A stretch of 39,782 bases of DNA. Origin: an uncultured delta proteobacterium. GTDB taxonomy: Bacteria; Desulfobacterota; Binatia; UBA9968. How positions within the stretch are numbered: position 1 is the stretch's first letter; every line of letters begins with the position of its first letter. Shown in pieces: positions 1 through 10,003 of this stretch. The position numbers were made by a program, and so were the translations under genes. The stretch is taken from assembly GCA_963727625.1 (NCBI GenBank), contig CAVSHR010000010.1, positions 1 through 39,782 on the forward strand. The letters run 5' to 3'. Below the pieces are notes generated by a model. It did not search any database. It was not told the DNA's origin and saw nothing but the letters and a program-made list of their open reading frames with translations.

Positions 1-1
1 C

Positions 2-750
2 ACGTTGTCTTGCAATGAATACGATCGAACGCGCTTCTTGGTCGATGGTACCGTGCAAGCCGAAGGCGTCGAATTGAACGTGGTCGCTCTGCCGTCCGAA
101 GAACGCCACCGCCGGTTTTCCCGGGACCTGGAATTCGATGGGTGCAAGCTTTAAATGGGCGTGTTTCTCGTCTGGATCGGCCGCGGCGCGCCGTTTCGCG
201 ATCCCGGTATTTCCGCATCGCAAATTCTGTCATGGCAACGTACTGGTTCACTCCGCCAGCGGGATTCAAAAGGCCGAGGATCTTGCCGGGAAAACAATCG
301 GTATGCGGGCTCATTTCAATCCGGTATCGCTCTGGATGTGCGGCATTCTAGAGGAAAAATACGGCGTGCCGGCGCGTTCGCTGCGTATTCGCACCAATCA
401 GGAGGAACAGGTTCCCGGCTGGCGCGTGCCGGACTGGATGGAGATCAAGCGTTTGCCGGAGGGGAAAAAAATCGAGGATGTATTCCCCTCCGGCGAACTC
501 GACGCTTGCATGCTCCCGGAAATTACGCCGCAGCACCTGCGAATCCCGGGCGTACGCCGCTTGTGGCCGAATTATCGTGAGGTTGAAAGACAGTATTATC
601 TTGACACCCAGATCTTTCCGATCCGCCACGCGGTGGTTGTGAAAAATTCCATCCTCGAATCCCACCCGTGGGTAGCTCGAAGTCTCACGGAAGCTTTCAC
701 GATAGCCAAAGAGAAAGGCATCAAGCACGTGAACGACACCAGGCGATCTT
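2..750 (+). pseudogene. Disrupted 4,5-dihydroxyphthalate decarboxylase-like / periplasmic-binding-fold protein (5' end outside window)
   Basis: Frame 2 from nt 2 reads TLSCNEYDRTRFLVDGTVQAEGVEL...EFD, matching the N-terminus of the intact paralog at 20123 (TVACGDYDRTKPLQDGSVEPEGIKL). In-frame TAA at 152-154. Frameshift at ~200 into AIPVFPHRKF...IFPIRHAVVVK..HPWVARSL. Similarity stops at ~750 and the WPYG-containing C-terminus is absent. Confidence 0.85.
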
Positions 751-998
751 TAATACCTGCAAAGGACATCCCTGAACTGAACGACGCTACAGTTCGATTG
801 CAGCCAAATAAAAGCTGGACTCGACAGTTTCGATCCAATGTCAGCCAACGCACGCGCATCATTCATAGAAATTGCCGGTCAAAGTTTTACAACGATCAGA
901 TGAGTTTTTTTGCTTCTAGCAAAGTAATTACAGTCCCTGGGCTCAAGCTGACGTTTTTGATCGCTACCCTCCACGACCGGGATCAGCCTGGCAGCGAT

Positions 999-1094
999 GC
1001 CGATTTCGCTCTCCACCCATATTCTTCCCCCATGGAGCTCCACAAACTTCTTGGCCAAGGTTAACCCAAGTCCCGTGCCTTTCCTGGGTTTTCC
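999..1094 (-). pseudogene. Isolated C-terminal fragment of a histidine kinase HATPase_c domain (G2 box)
   Basis: Reads [27 protein letters not shown], nearly the same as [27 protein letters not shown] at the end of the kinase at 24140-24270. Flanking translation is unrelated. Confidence 0.8.
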
Positions 1095-1669
1095 GGAGCG
1101 GCTTGCAAGACAAGCCCCATGCCAGTAGGCAAAACTGGGCAATATCGGAAAATTATTGGAAGTTCTGTTGAAAGCAGTCCCCGGCCGAGATGCCGCATCC
1201 GTGACAAACCACCACGAATTTAGCCCAACTTTGCATCGAAAACGAACACGAATACTTTTTAATGAATCCCCTTTTATTGCACCAAATAAGTAATCCGTAA
1301 TAAACTTTGGATGATGGAGAGAATCCGCTAAATTGGGTGTCGTGCCGAAAATCTTCGGCATCCGGTAGCGGTGCTTAGTAAGCAAAGACTCTTGCTCCAG
1401 GAAAATTTCAGGAAACCGTAACCGTAGACTCGCGAGACCGCACATGTTGGCTTTGAAGAATTGATGGCCAAGCGGCGGGACTTTGAACGAGAGCGGTGGC
1501 TACCTCCCGTTCGAGTCATGTCCGAATGAGTGGTTAGGTTTGAAACTTGGCGGAGGCTTTCTCAATCGACCAGCGAAATAATAATTGCACCGCAGCATGG
1601 GGACGCAGCTCCGTGCAACGCGGTTGTATCCAAAAGCGATTTAGCTTCAGTCTCAGTTAAAGGATTGTC

Positions 1670-4600
1670 ATGACAGGTGCTTGGCAAACTAGCCAAACGG
1701 ATTATTGCCCATCCATCCCGCGGCTGCTTGAAAACCGCGCAACGGGAAGTTCCGGTCGTCCGGTAATAATCGCTCCGAAACCAGAGCCGCTTTCTTTCCG
1801 GCGGCTTTTTCTCCAAGCCCAAGAGGTGGTAAAGACGCTAAATGCTCTGGGCGTCGGTAGAAATGACAGGGTTGCAGCGGTACTCCCGAACGGCCCTGAG
1901 ATGGCGGCGGCGTTTCTGACGATCTCATCGGCTGCCGCTTTCGCCCCGCTCAATCCCAGCTATCGTGCCAACGAGTTTGACTTCTTCCTTTCTGATTTGA
2001 AGCCCGCTGCGCTGGTGGTTCAGTTAGGGACCGCTTCGCCTGGCATCTCGGTCGCCCGAGATCACTCGATTCCCATCATCGAACTAGTACCCATCGGAAA
2101 GAGGGAAGCGGGCTACTTTGCTCTCAGGGGGCAAGAACTATCGCGCTCGTCATACGCGGGTTTTGCTGAAGCAAACGATGTCGCCTTGATCCTGCACACG
2201 TCCGGCACGACCTCACGTCCCAAAATGGTTCCTTTAACCCATTCCAATTTGCTGGCGTCGGCGAGCAATATTGCCGCCGTCCTCGGACTGACGGAAGAGG
2301 ATCGTTGTCTCAATATCATGCCGCTGTTTCATATTCACGGGTTAATCGGAGCTGTGCTGTCCTCTGTCATTGCCGGGTCCAGTGTCATTTGCACGCCGGA
2401 GTTTAATGCATCTGAATTTCTCGATTTAGTGGAAAAGTTTCTTCCGACCTGGTACACGGCAGTTCCGACGATGCACCAGGCCGTCGTCGAGCGTGCCAAC
2501 GAAAATTCCCGAAAGATCGGTCGTTCGCTACGCTTGATCCGCTCTTGTTCCGCTCCGTTGCCGAGACAAGTCCTTATGGACTTGGAAGACCGATTCGAGA
2601 TTCCAGTCATTGAGGCTTACGGGATGACAGAAGCCTCCCATCAAATAGCAAGCAACCCCCTTCCTCCCAATCCGCGCAAGCAGGGCTCGGTTGGTAAGGC
2701 AACCGGAACAGAGATCGCGATCATGAGCGAATCGGGGGACTTCTTGCCGAGCAGGGAGACCGGAGAAATCGTCGTGCGCGGAAGCGGTCTCACCCGAGGC
2801 TATGAAAACGATCCCGCAGCCAATCTTAGCGCATTTGTCGACGGCTGGTTCCGGACCGGCGACCTCGGCTATCTCGATGAAGACAGATATCTTTTCATAA
2901 CGGGTCGGCTCAAGGAAATCATTAATCGCGGTGGAGAAAAAATCTCGCCGGCTGAAGTGGACAAAGTCCTGATGGATCATCCTGCCGTCGCTCAGGCGAC
3001 AACCTTTGGCATGCCACACGGCAAACTAGGCGAGGATGTCGCCGCGGCCGTTGTCCTTAGGACTGACGCTTCTGTTTCCGAGACGGATCTCCAAGAGTTT
3101 GCGGCGCTGCGCCTGGCCGAGTACAAAGTTCCGCGCCGCATCGTGATCGTCGATCAGATCCCGAAAAGTGCGACCGGCAAGCTCCAACGCCTCGGTCTTG
3201 CGGAGAAACTCGGCTTGACTGCTTCCGATCGGATCGAAGACGCTGCCAGGCATAAGTTTCTGGCACCACGCACTCCGGTCGAGGACGCGCTGGCGAAGAT
3301 CTGGGCGGAGGTGTTGGGCGTAGGCCCGATCGGAGTCCAGGATAATTTTTTCGATTTAGGAGGAGATTCCGTACTCGCCTCTCGGGTTATTTCTCGCGTA
3401 CGCGATGTTCTTGGGGCGGAGTTACGTTTTCTCACGTTTTTTTGCGCGCCTCGCCTCGTTGAAATGGCGGCAAGTATCCATGCGGGCGAGCGGAAAAATT
3501 TGAACCGAATGGCCCCGCCGCTGTTTCCAATTCCACGGGACGGCGAATTGCCTCTCTCGTCCGGCCAGCAACGGCTCTGGTTCCTCGATCAGTTGGAGCC
3601 GGGGAGTCCCGTCTACAATCGCGCGACATTCCTGCGTCTCAAGGGACGGCTCGATAGGGGAGCGCTGCAATATTCTCTCAACGAGATCGTTCGACGGCAC
3701 GAAGTTGTGAGGACGACCTTTCTATCGGTCGACGGCCGTCCACGCCAGGTAGTCAGGCCGCCGTCAAATCAAGCGCTGCCCGCTTTAGACTTGAGAGAAT
3801 TGCCTCAGGCAAACCGCGAGGGCGAGGCGAGGAGGCTGGCGATCGAGGAAAGCATGCGCTCGTTTGATTTGACTTCCGACCTTCTCTTGCGTGCCAAGGT
3901 CTTGCAGCTTGATGACCAGGAGAACCTGCTGATCCTGACAACGCACCACATTGCGTTCGACGATTGGTCGGACGGCATTCTGTTTTACGAGCTTTCGACA
4001 CTCTACAGAGCATATCTCGCAGGGCTGCCGTCCCCGCTTCCCGAACTACCGATTCAATACGCCGACTTTGCCGCATGGCAGACGACGTCCCTGCAAGCCT
4101 CTAGGGTGGAAGAGCATCTCGCTTACTGGAAGCAGCAGCTCGCCTCCGCTCCGTCCTTGCTACACCTCCCCACGGATCGGCCTCGGCCGCCGATCCGAAG
4201 TTTCCGTGGCGCGCGGTACATCATGCGTCTGCCGGAGAGTTTGGGCGAGCCGTTGAGGATTCTTAGCCGCCGGGAAGATGTCACGCTCTATATATTGCTC
4301 TCAGCGGTGTTCCAGGCGTTGCTTGTCCGTTACACTGGACAATACGACATCGTTATCGGCACACCCGTCGCGGGCCGCACTCATCTGGAAACTGAGAACC
4401 TCATCGGCGCTTTTTTCAACACTCTCGTTTTGCGCACTGACCTCTCTGGCAACCCGTCGTTCCGGAAACTCTTGCGCCGGGTGCGAGACGTCTTCTTGGC
4501 GGCGCACGCCCATTCGGATCTTCCGATTGAAAAGCTGGTCGAGGCGCTGCACCCCGAGCGTACCCTAAGCCGCAATCCGTTGTGCCAGGTAATCTTCCAA

Positions 4601-7600
4601 TTGAGAAACACGCCCAACCAGACCTTGGTATTACCTGGTCTAAGGGTAGAGGAGCTAGATTTCGACAGAGGCCTGGCAATGCTCGATTTGACGCTCGAGA
4701 TTGAAAAACGAGACCGGGGTTTGACCTGTTGGTACAACTACAATACGGACCTCTTCGACAGCGCAACCATTGCTAGTATGGCACACCGCTACCAAGAACT
4801 ATTGGAAGCGCTTGTCGCCAATCCAGAAAGACGTCTCCTTGACTCACCGCCGATTTTTGAGCCACCCCAAGCCACCAAATACCCTCCGCTTTTTGAGGTA
4901 CACACGGACGACGTTTATGAACGGTCAAACTTAACCAAGAGTCAGCTTCTTATCTGGGCAGGACAGAAACTGCAGCCTGAAACGCCTCTATATAACATGC
5001 CCATGGCGTTTTATTTAGGAGGAGAAATCGACCGGCGTCATTTTCAAAAAGCCTTTCAGACTCTCCTCGATTCCAGCGACGCTTTGCGCACAGTGATCCA
5101 GGAAATTGATGGAATCCCGCAACAAATTGTCCTGCCGAATTTCCCTTATAAAATCGAATTTCGTGACTTTTCAAGTTTTCCTGAGCCGGGCGCAGCCGTT
5201 CAAGCTTGGCTGAAAGCTCGCTGTCACGTTCTGTTTGATTTTCAGGGAGCCTTGTTCGATTGCGCTCTGGCAAAAATTTCCGACCAACAATTTATCTGGT
5301 TCTTGAATTTACACCACATCATCGGTGACGGCAGGTCGATCGAATTGGTTTTTCACCACGTAGCCCAATTTTACGAATGTTCCCTTACCGGGTGTTTGGA
5401 AAGAGCGGACCTGCCGGCATTTAAGGACTATATCGAGTACGAAAGAGAATATCGCCGCTCTCCCCGATCTCGGGAGGTCGAGAGGTACTGGAAGACGAAG
5501 CTTTCCGAACCAACCGAATCGCTCCGCTTCTATGGCAAACGTTCTGGCAAGAGAACGACCCGGATCAAAAAGATTTCATGTGAGCTGGGCGAGAACCGGA
5601 CGCAAAAGCTTAAGCAACTTGCCTGCTGGGACAAAATAGCGGTCAAGACCGAGTACGCTTCGCTGTTTAATATTTTTGCGGCGGTTCTGTTGGCTTATCT
5701 CTACCGCGTCACCGATAGTCGCGTTTTATCTGTCGGTACACCCTATCATAACCGCAGACTAAAAATGTTTCGCGGCACCATCGGATTGTTAATGGAGGTC
5801 CTTCCCCTGAGAGTGACCATCGAAGAAGATGAAACTTTTGTCTCGCTCATCCACAAGGTGGGATTGGAGGCGCACACAGCATTTCGCAATAGCCATTCCA
5901 TCGGGAACTCTCCGAGAAGTCGACTCTACGAGGTCCTTCTAAACTTTGACCGTCTATCGTTTCCTCAATTCCATGGTCTCCCGGTGCAGATGGAACGAGT
6001 GCATCCAGGTCACGAAAACGACAGTTTGGCGCTTCGCATACGAGATATTGCCGACCGCGCTGACTTTGTTATTGATTTTGAATTTCACCGCGATGTTTTC
6101 GATGAAAGTGAGAGCAGCCGCGCGGTTCAGCATTTCCTGCGGACACTGGATGAATTTTTGGAAAACCCAGAGCAAGTGCTGGACGAAGTAAATCTCTTGA
6201 CCGATGCAGAAAAAGAGCGGGTCCTGGCTGACTTTAGCCAGGGTCATTATGGCCGGCGCGACGATTTAGGTTTGCTGGAGATGTTCGAGGCTCAGGTTAG
6301 TAAAGCGCCGGATCGCCCGGCCGTCTGCTTTAAGGACCAGTCTCTCACCTTTGCGCAGTTGAATTCCCAGGCAAACCAATTGGCGCATTATTTACAGTCT
6401 TTAGGGGTGAAGCCCGGAACATTAGTGGGGATTTGTACCGAACGCTCTTTGGAAATGGTCGTTGGTTTAATGGGTATCTTAAAGGCAGGAGCCGCTTACG
6501 TGCCTATTGACCCATTTTACCCAAAGGAACGGCTTGCTCTCGTGCTAAGCGACACGCGCATGCCGGTGCTACTGTCTCAGGATCGCGTGGCGATGAATCT
6601 TCCGAAGCATGGAGCCAACATCGCTTGTTTGGACTCCCAGCGCGCGTGGATCTCTCAGATGAGCAACGAGAATCCGCTCCTCAAAGTGAGTTCCGATCAT
6701 CCGGCGTACGTCATTTACACGTCGGGCTCTACTGGTATACCAAAGGGCGTGGAAGTCACGCATGGAGCGCTTGTAAATTTCGTCACAACTGCAAGCGATT
6801 CGTTTGCGCTTCGCCCCGAGGATCGTGTGCTGCAATTTGCCTCTATTAGCTTCGACGCGGCGGCGGAGGAGATTTTCCCGTGCCTGATTCGAGGTGCAAC
6901 ACTGGTGCTGCGGACGGATTCGATGCTGGATTCCGTTTCGCTTTTCTTGGAAAAGTGTCGCGATTGGCAAATCACCGTTTTGGATCTGCCGACGGTTTAT
7001 TGGCATGAGATGGCTGAGTCACTTTATAGGCAAAAACTCTCTTTACCCGTGACGCTCCGTTTAGTGGTTATCGGTGGAGAGAGAGCCGATCCCGAACGGC
7101 TTCGTGAATGGCAGGCGTCGGTCGGCGATCGTGTCCGGCTCTTGAACACCTATGGCCCGACTGAGGCCACGGTGGTTTCTACGATTTCGGAACTCACCGG
7201 CTGCGAGTGCATTAACGCATCATTAGACGAGGTACCAATAGGGCGGCCAATTTCCAATGTCCAGACGTACATTTTAGACAAACGCCTGAATCCGACTCCC
7301 ATCGGGGTTTGCGGAGAGTTGCACATCGGCGGGGCGGGCTTGGCCCGGGGGTATCTCAACCGTCCTGAGGCCACGGCTGAAAAATTCCTTCCGAATCCCT
7401 TCATTGGCGAGTCGGGCGCACGCCTTTATAAAACCGGAGATTTGGCTCGATATCTTTCAAACGGCAACATTGAGTTCGTTGGGCGCATCGACCATCAGGT
7501 AAAAATCCGCGGTTTCCGCATTGAACCGGGTGAGATCGAGAGCATGTTGCTCCAACATCCGAGCGTACGTGACGCCGTCGTGGTGGCGCGGGAGGATAGT

Positions 7601-8134
7601 CCTGGGGAAAAACGGCTGGTGGGATATGTTGTAACCAGGGAAGCCGAAGAGGTCAGCGCCCTGCGCAATTTCCTGAAAGATAAGCTCCCCGATTATATGA
7701 TTCCATCTCTATTGATCCTTATGGATTCTCTCCCGCTCACGCCTAGCGGCAAGATCGACCGCAAAGCGTTGCCTGTGCCCGATGCAATCCGTCCGGAGTT
7801 GCAGAATGCTTTTCTGGCGCCCCGAACCTTTGTAGAAAAAAAGGTTGCCGCGGTATGGGCTGAGGTACTGAAGCTGGAAAAAGTCGGCGTTGACGATAAC
7901 TTCTTTGATTTGGGCGGCCATTCTCTTCTAGCCGTTCAGGTCATTTCACGGCTGCGACAGGCGCTTCGGGTGGAAATTCCGTTGCGCGAGCTTTTTGAGA
8001 ATCCGACTGTGGCGAGCCTCGCTGTCAGGATCGAGCAGATCCTGGAGAGCACCGTAGAACGAACGCGCAAGATCCTGGTCGATTTGGAATCACTCCCGGA
8101 CGAAGAGGTGGAGAGAACGTTTACTTCGAATTAG
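1670..8134 (+). CDS. Non-ribosomal peptide synthetase: A(acyl/oxalate-CoA-ligase-like)-T-C-C-A-T, no thioesterase
   Basis: A1 motifs HTSGTTSRPK, YGMTE, FRTGD, PKSATGK. T1 DLGGDS (Ser ~3368). C1 LSSGQQRLWF and HHIAFDD (~3944). C2 LTKSQLLIW and HHIIGDG (~5312). A2 YTSGSTGIPKG, NTYGPTE, YKTGD, LTPSGKIDR. T2 DLGGHS (Ser ~7922). Confidence 0.95.
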   Translation: MTGAWQTSQTDYCPSIPRLLENRATGSSGRPVIIAPKPEPLSFRRLFLQAQEVVKTLNALGVGRNDRVAAVLPNGPEMAAAFLTISSAAAFAPLNPSYRANEFDFFLSDLKPAALVVQLGTASPGISVARDHSIPIIELVPIGKREAGYFALRGQELSRSSYAGFAEANDVALILHTSGTTSRPKMVPLTHSNLLASASNIAAVLGLTEEDRCLNIMPLFHIHGLIGAVLSSVIAGSSVICTPEFNASEFLDLVEKFLPTWYTAVPTMHQAVVERANENSRKIGRSLRLIRSCSAPLPRQVLMDLEDRFEIPVIEAYGMTEASHQIASNPLPPNPRKQGSVGKATGTEIAIMSESGDFLPSRETGEIVVRGSGLTRGYENDPAANLSAFVDGWFRTGDLGYLDEDRYLFITGRLKEIINRGGEKISPAEVDKVLMDHPAVAQATTFGMPHGKLGEDVAAAVVLRTDASVSETDLQEFAALRLAEYKVPRRIVIVDQIPKSATGKLQRLGLAEKLGLTASDRIEDAARHKFLAPRTPVEDALAKIWAEVLGVGPIGVQDNFFDLGGDSVLASRVISRVRDVLGAELRFLTFFCAPRLVEMAASIHAGERKNLNRMAPPLFPIPRDGELPLSSGQQRLWFLDQLEPGSPVYNRATFLRLKGRLDRGALQYSLNEIVRRHEVVRTTFLSVDGRPRQVVRPPSNQALPALDLRELPQANREGEARRLAIEESMRSFDLTSDLLLRAKVLQLDDQENLLILTTHHIAFDDWSDGILFYELSTLYRAYLAGLPSPLPELPIQYADFAAWQTTSLQASRVEEHLAYWKQQLASAPSLLHLPTDRPRPPIRSFRGARYIMRLPESLGEPLRILSRREDVTLYILLSAVFQALLVRYTGQYDIVIGTPVAGRTHLETENLIGAFFNTLVLRTDLSGNPSFRKLLRRVRDVFLAAHAHSDLPIEKLVEALHPERTLSRNPLCQVIFQLRNTPNQTLVLPGLRVEELDFDRGLAMLDLTLEIEKRDRGLTCWYNYNTDLFDSATIASMAHRYQELLEALVANPERRLLDSPPIFEPPQATKYPPLFEVHTDDVYERSNLTKSQLLIWAGQKLQPETPLYNMPMAFYLGGEIDRRHFQKAFQTLLDSSDALRTVIQEIDGIPQQIVLPNFPYKIEFRDFSSFPEPGAAVQAWLKARCHVLFDFQGALFDCALAKISDQQFIWFLNLHHIIGDGRSIELVFHHVAQFYECSLTGCLERADLPAFKDYIEYEREYRRSPRSREVERYWKTKLSEPTESLRFYGKRSGKRTTRIKKISCELGENRTQKLKQLACWDKIAVKTEYASLFNIFAAVLLAYLYRVTDSRVLSVGTPYHNRRLKMFRGTIGLLMEVLPLRVTIEEDETFVSLIHKVGLEAHTAFRNSHSIGNSPRSRLYEVLLNFDRLSFPQFHGLPVQMERVHPGHENDSLALRIRDIADRADFVIDFEFHRDVFDESESSRAVQHFLRTLDEFLENPEQVLDEVNLLTDAEKERVLADFSQGHYGRRDDLGLLEMFEAQVSKAPDRPAVCFKDQSLTFAQLNSQANQLAHYLQSLGVKPGTLVGICTERSLEMVVGLMGILKAGAAYVPIDPFYPKERLALVLSDTRMPVLLSQDRVAMNLPKHGANIACLDSQRAWISQMSNENPLLKVSSDHPAYVIYTSGSTGIPKGVEVTHGALVNFVTTASDSFALRPEDRVLQFASISFDAAAEEIFPCLIRGATLVLRTDSMLDSVSLFLEKCRDWQITVLDLPTVYWHEMAESLYRQKLSLPVTLRLVVIGGERADPERLREWQASVGDRVRLLNTYGPTEATVVSTISELTGCECINASLDEVPIGRPISNVQTYILDKRLNPTPIGVCGELHIGGAGLARGYLNRPEATAEKFLPNPFIGESGARLYKTGDLARYLSNGNIEFVGRIDHQVKIRGFRIEPGEIESMLLQHPSVRDAVVVAREDSPGEKRLVGYVVTREAEEVSALRNFLKDKLPDYMIPSLLILMDSLPLTPSGKIDRKALPVPDAIRPELQNAFLAPRTFVEKKVAAVWAEVLKLEKVGVDDNFFDLGGHSLLAVQVISRLRQALRVEIPLRELFENPTVASLAVRIEQILESTVERTRKILVDLESLPDEEVERTFTSN

Positions 8135-8446
8135 TCAATAGATCAGGACATATCATTCCCAGATAACGGGGGCGCAATCTTCATGGAACGGCCCCAAAAC
8201 TTTGACCGGTTGCGGAGAATCCAGAAACTGGGAAAAGCTGGTATATGCTCGCACATCAGCCACGATATTGTGGGACGAGGATCCGCTGCTTTTTCTTGAC
8301 TGACGCAATTAAATTGGCGGGTCCATCCGAGTGGGCTTAAGACCGAACAATTCAGCGTTCGTTGACGTTTTGGGATGAACGCGGTGAGAGACGCTGCAAT
8401 GAGACGAAGTGCGACGGCCTACATCGGGTTGTTAACCGGCGCTAAC

Positions 8447-9439
8447 CTAGGGTGCCGAGGCGCCGTTCGCTTTGACATAGTTTGCCACCTGCTCGTGCGT
8501 GGCAAACCAAACACTTGGCTTTGATCTCATGTACGTAATCAGTCGGTCGAGCATTACGATACGCGATCGATGCCCAATAACGTGCGGATGCATCGTCAAA
8601 ACGTAGAGTCCGCCTTCTTCGTACGCTACATCGAATTCCGATTGGAAGGTCTGCAGAACTAGTTCGGCAGAGGGGAGCGAGCCGTTCGCCGTCGGACCAA
8701 AGTAGGAATTGTCGTCAAGTATCCACTCGACTGGTAGCTCGATGACACCAGTCGGTTGTTTGTTGAGCAAAATTTCATACGGATCATCACTGGCCATCAA
8801 ACTGCTGTCATAGAGGAACCCAGCTTCCTTGATCTGCTTCATTGTGTAGCGACTGAACGCCCAGGAAGGAGCGCGATACCCAACCGGCCGCTTCCCAATA
8901 GCTTTAGTGATGTAGTCGATCGACTGCGTGAGAAGCCGCTGCTCCTCGGCCTCAGTGTCGAGGACGGGAAGCTGTTCGTGGATCCAACCATGGACGCCGA
9001 TTTCATGGCGCTTCTTCGACAAGATATCCCTGATCATCTGAGGGTGAAGTGCCGCGGCAACGGCGGGAATAAAGAATGAGGCCGGGAGGTTGTGCTGGTC
9101 AAGCAGTCGCAGGATCCGCGGTAAACCGTCGATCGCACCGTACTCGCCACGTGAGAGGTTCTGCGCCCCGAGATCGCCACGAAATAGTGGAATAGTGGCG
9201 TTGTCCACATCAAAGCCCAGGGCCACCGCGACTCTGCTGTTGTTCGGCCATGAGCGGGGCTTCAGCCGGCGACCGGCGTTGACCTGAAAAAACTGCCGCT
9301 TTACTTGATCCAAAGAGAGCCTGGTCTCAGAAACGGGTTTCGTGCGGAACTGTCGCGCGGCGATCTTCATCGCTCGATCTCCCCACATGGCCAGCAAAAT
9401 CAACCCGAAGACGATTACCGCGTAAACGCCATACTTCAT
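8447..9439 (-). CDS. Polysaccharide deacetylase family (CE4, PuuE/PgdA-like) with N-terminal membrane anchor
   Basis: Motifs GFDVD, HGWIH, GYRAPSW, YDSS and LTMHPH. Hydrophobic N-terminus YAVIVFGLILLAMW. Confidence 0.9.
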   Translation of the reverse strand: MKYGVYAVIVFGLILLAMWGDRAMKIAARQFRTKPVSETRLSLDQVKRQFFQVNAGRRLKPRSWPNNSRVAVALGFDVDNATIPLFRGDLGAQNLSRGEYGAIDGLPRILRLLDQHNLPASFFIPAVAAALHPQMIRDILSKKRHEIGVHGWIHEQLPVLDTEAEEQRLLTQSIDYITKAIGKRPVGYRAPSWAFSRYTMKQIKEAGFLYDSSLMASDDPYEILLNKQPTGVIELPVEWILDDNSYFGPTANGSLPSAELVLQTFQSEFDVAYEEGGLYVLTMHPHVIGHRSRIVMLDRLITYMRSKPSVWFATHEQVANYVKANGASAP

Positions 9440-10003
9440 TCATCCCTCGCTGACATGATATTCAGTGCAGCTAACTTGCTAGCCAGTGTATGAGAGTTGT
9501 TTGTCATGATCCACAATATCCTGCCAGAGTTCCACCAACTCCTGCCCATCGACTCCTAAAATCGGCAGGTCTAGAAAACCTACCTTGAAGATTTAGCGGA
9601 CCGCAATGCTCGCTTTTCGCCTTTCGCCAAAGGAAAAGTTTATAATTGTGTCTCTCCTACGGGCCGCGCAAGGCGGGCAGGACAATTCCTCGTACTTTAA
9701 CGTTTTGCATCTGTAAGCGCCGAATTGAATTCTCCCGCCACGAGGATTGTTGATTCTCGTAGCACCTATAACCAGTAGAAAACAAAGAGGAATTTTATCG
9801 CTTTGCCATTACTTTGCCAGAAGAAAAAAACGAATAAATTCGAATCTGTTCACGTCTGACAGATCGAATACCCTCGATTTCCCACGCAAAATCCCGCACC
9901 ATCCGGTATAGTGTAGACTTAAGTGGCGCTGAAAGAGATTTGATTGTTTATCAGACAACGTGGCTTCGACGTGACCGACACCCGTGTCTGCGAATAGAGC
10001 AAT

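Noticed and set aside
138-1445. ORFs 138..1064 (308 aa) and 879..1445 (188 aa) as intact genes
   Set aside because: Each contains only an internal stretch of recognisable protein embedded in unrelated read-through, so they are reported as remnants.
1375-1570. Possible serine-recombinase C-terminal remnant or degenerate tRNA-end att site (KQRLLL...FEELM...WLP; TGGCCAAGCGGCGGGACTTTGAAC)
   Set aside because: The similarity is short, interrupted by stops and too degenerate to support without a search.
8447-9439. Deacetylase as a tailoring or release enzyme of the NRPS
   Set aside because: Convergent orientation, predicted membrane anchor or export, and no other biosynthetic genes nearby. Adjacency alone is insufficient.
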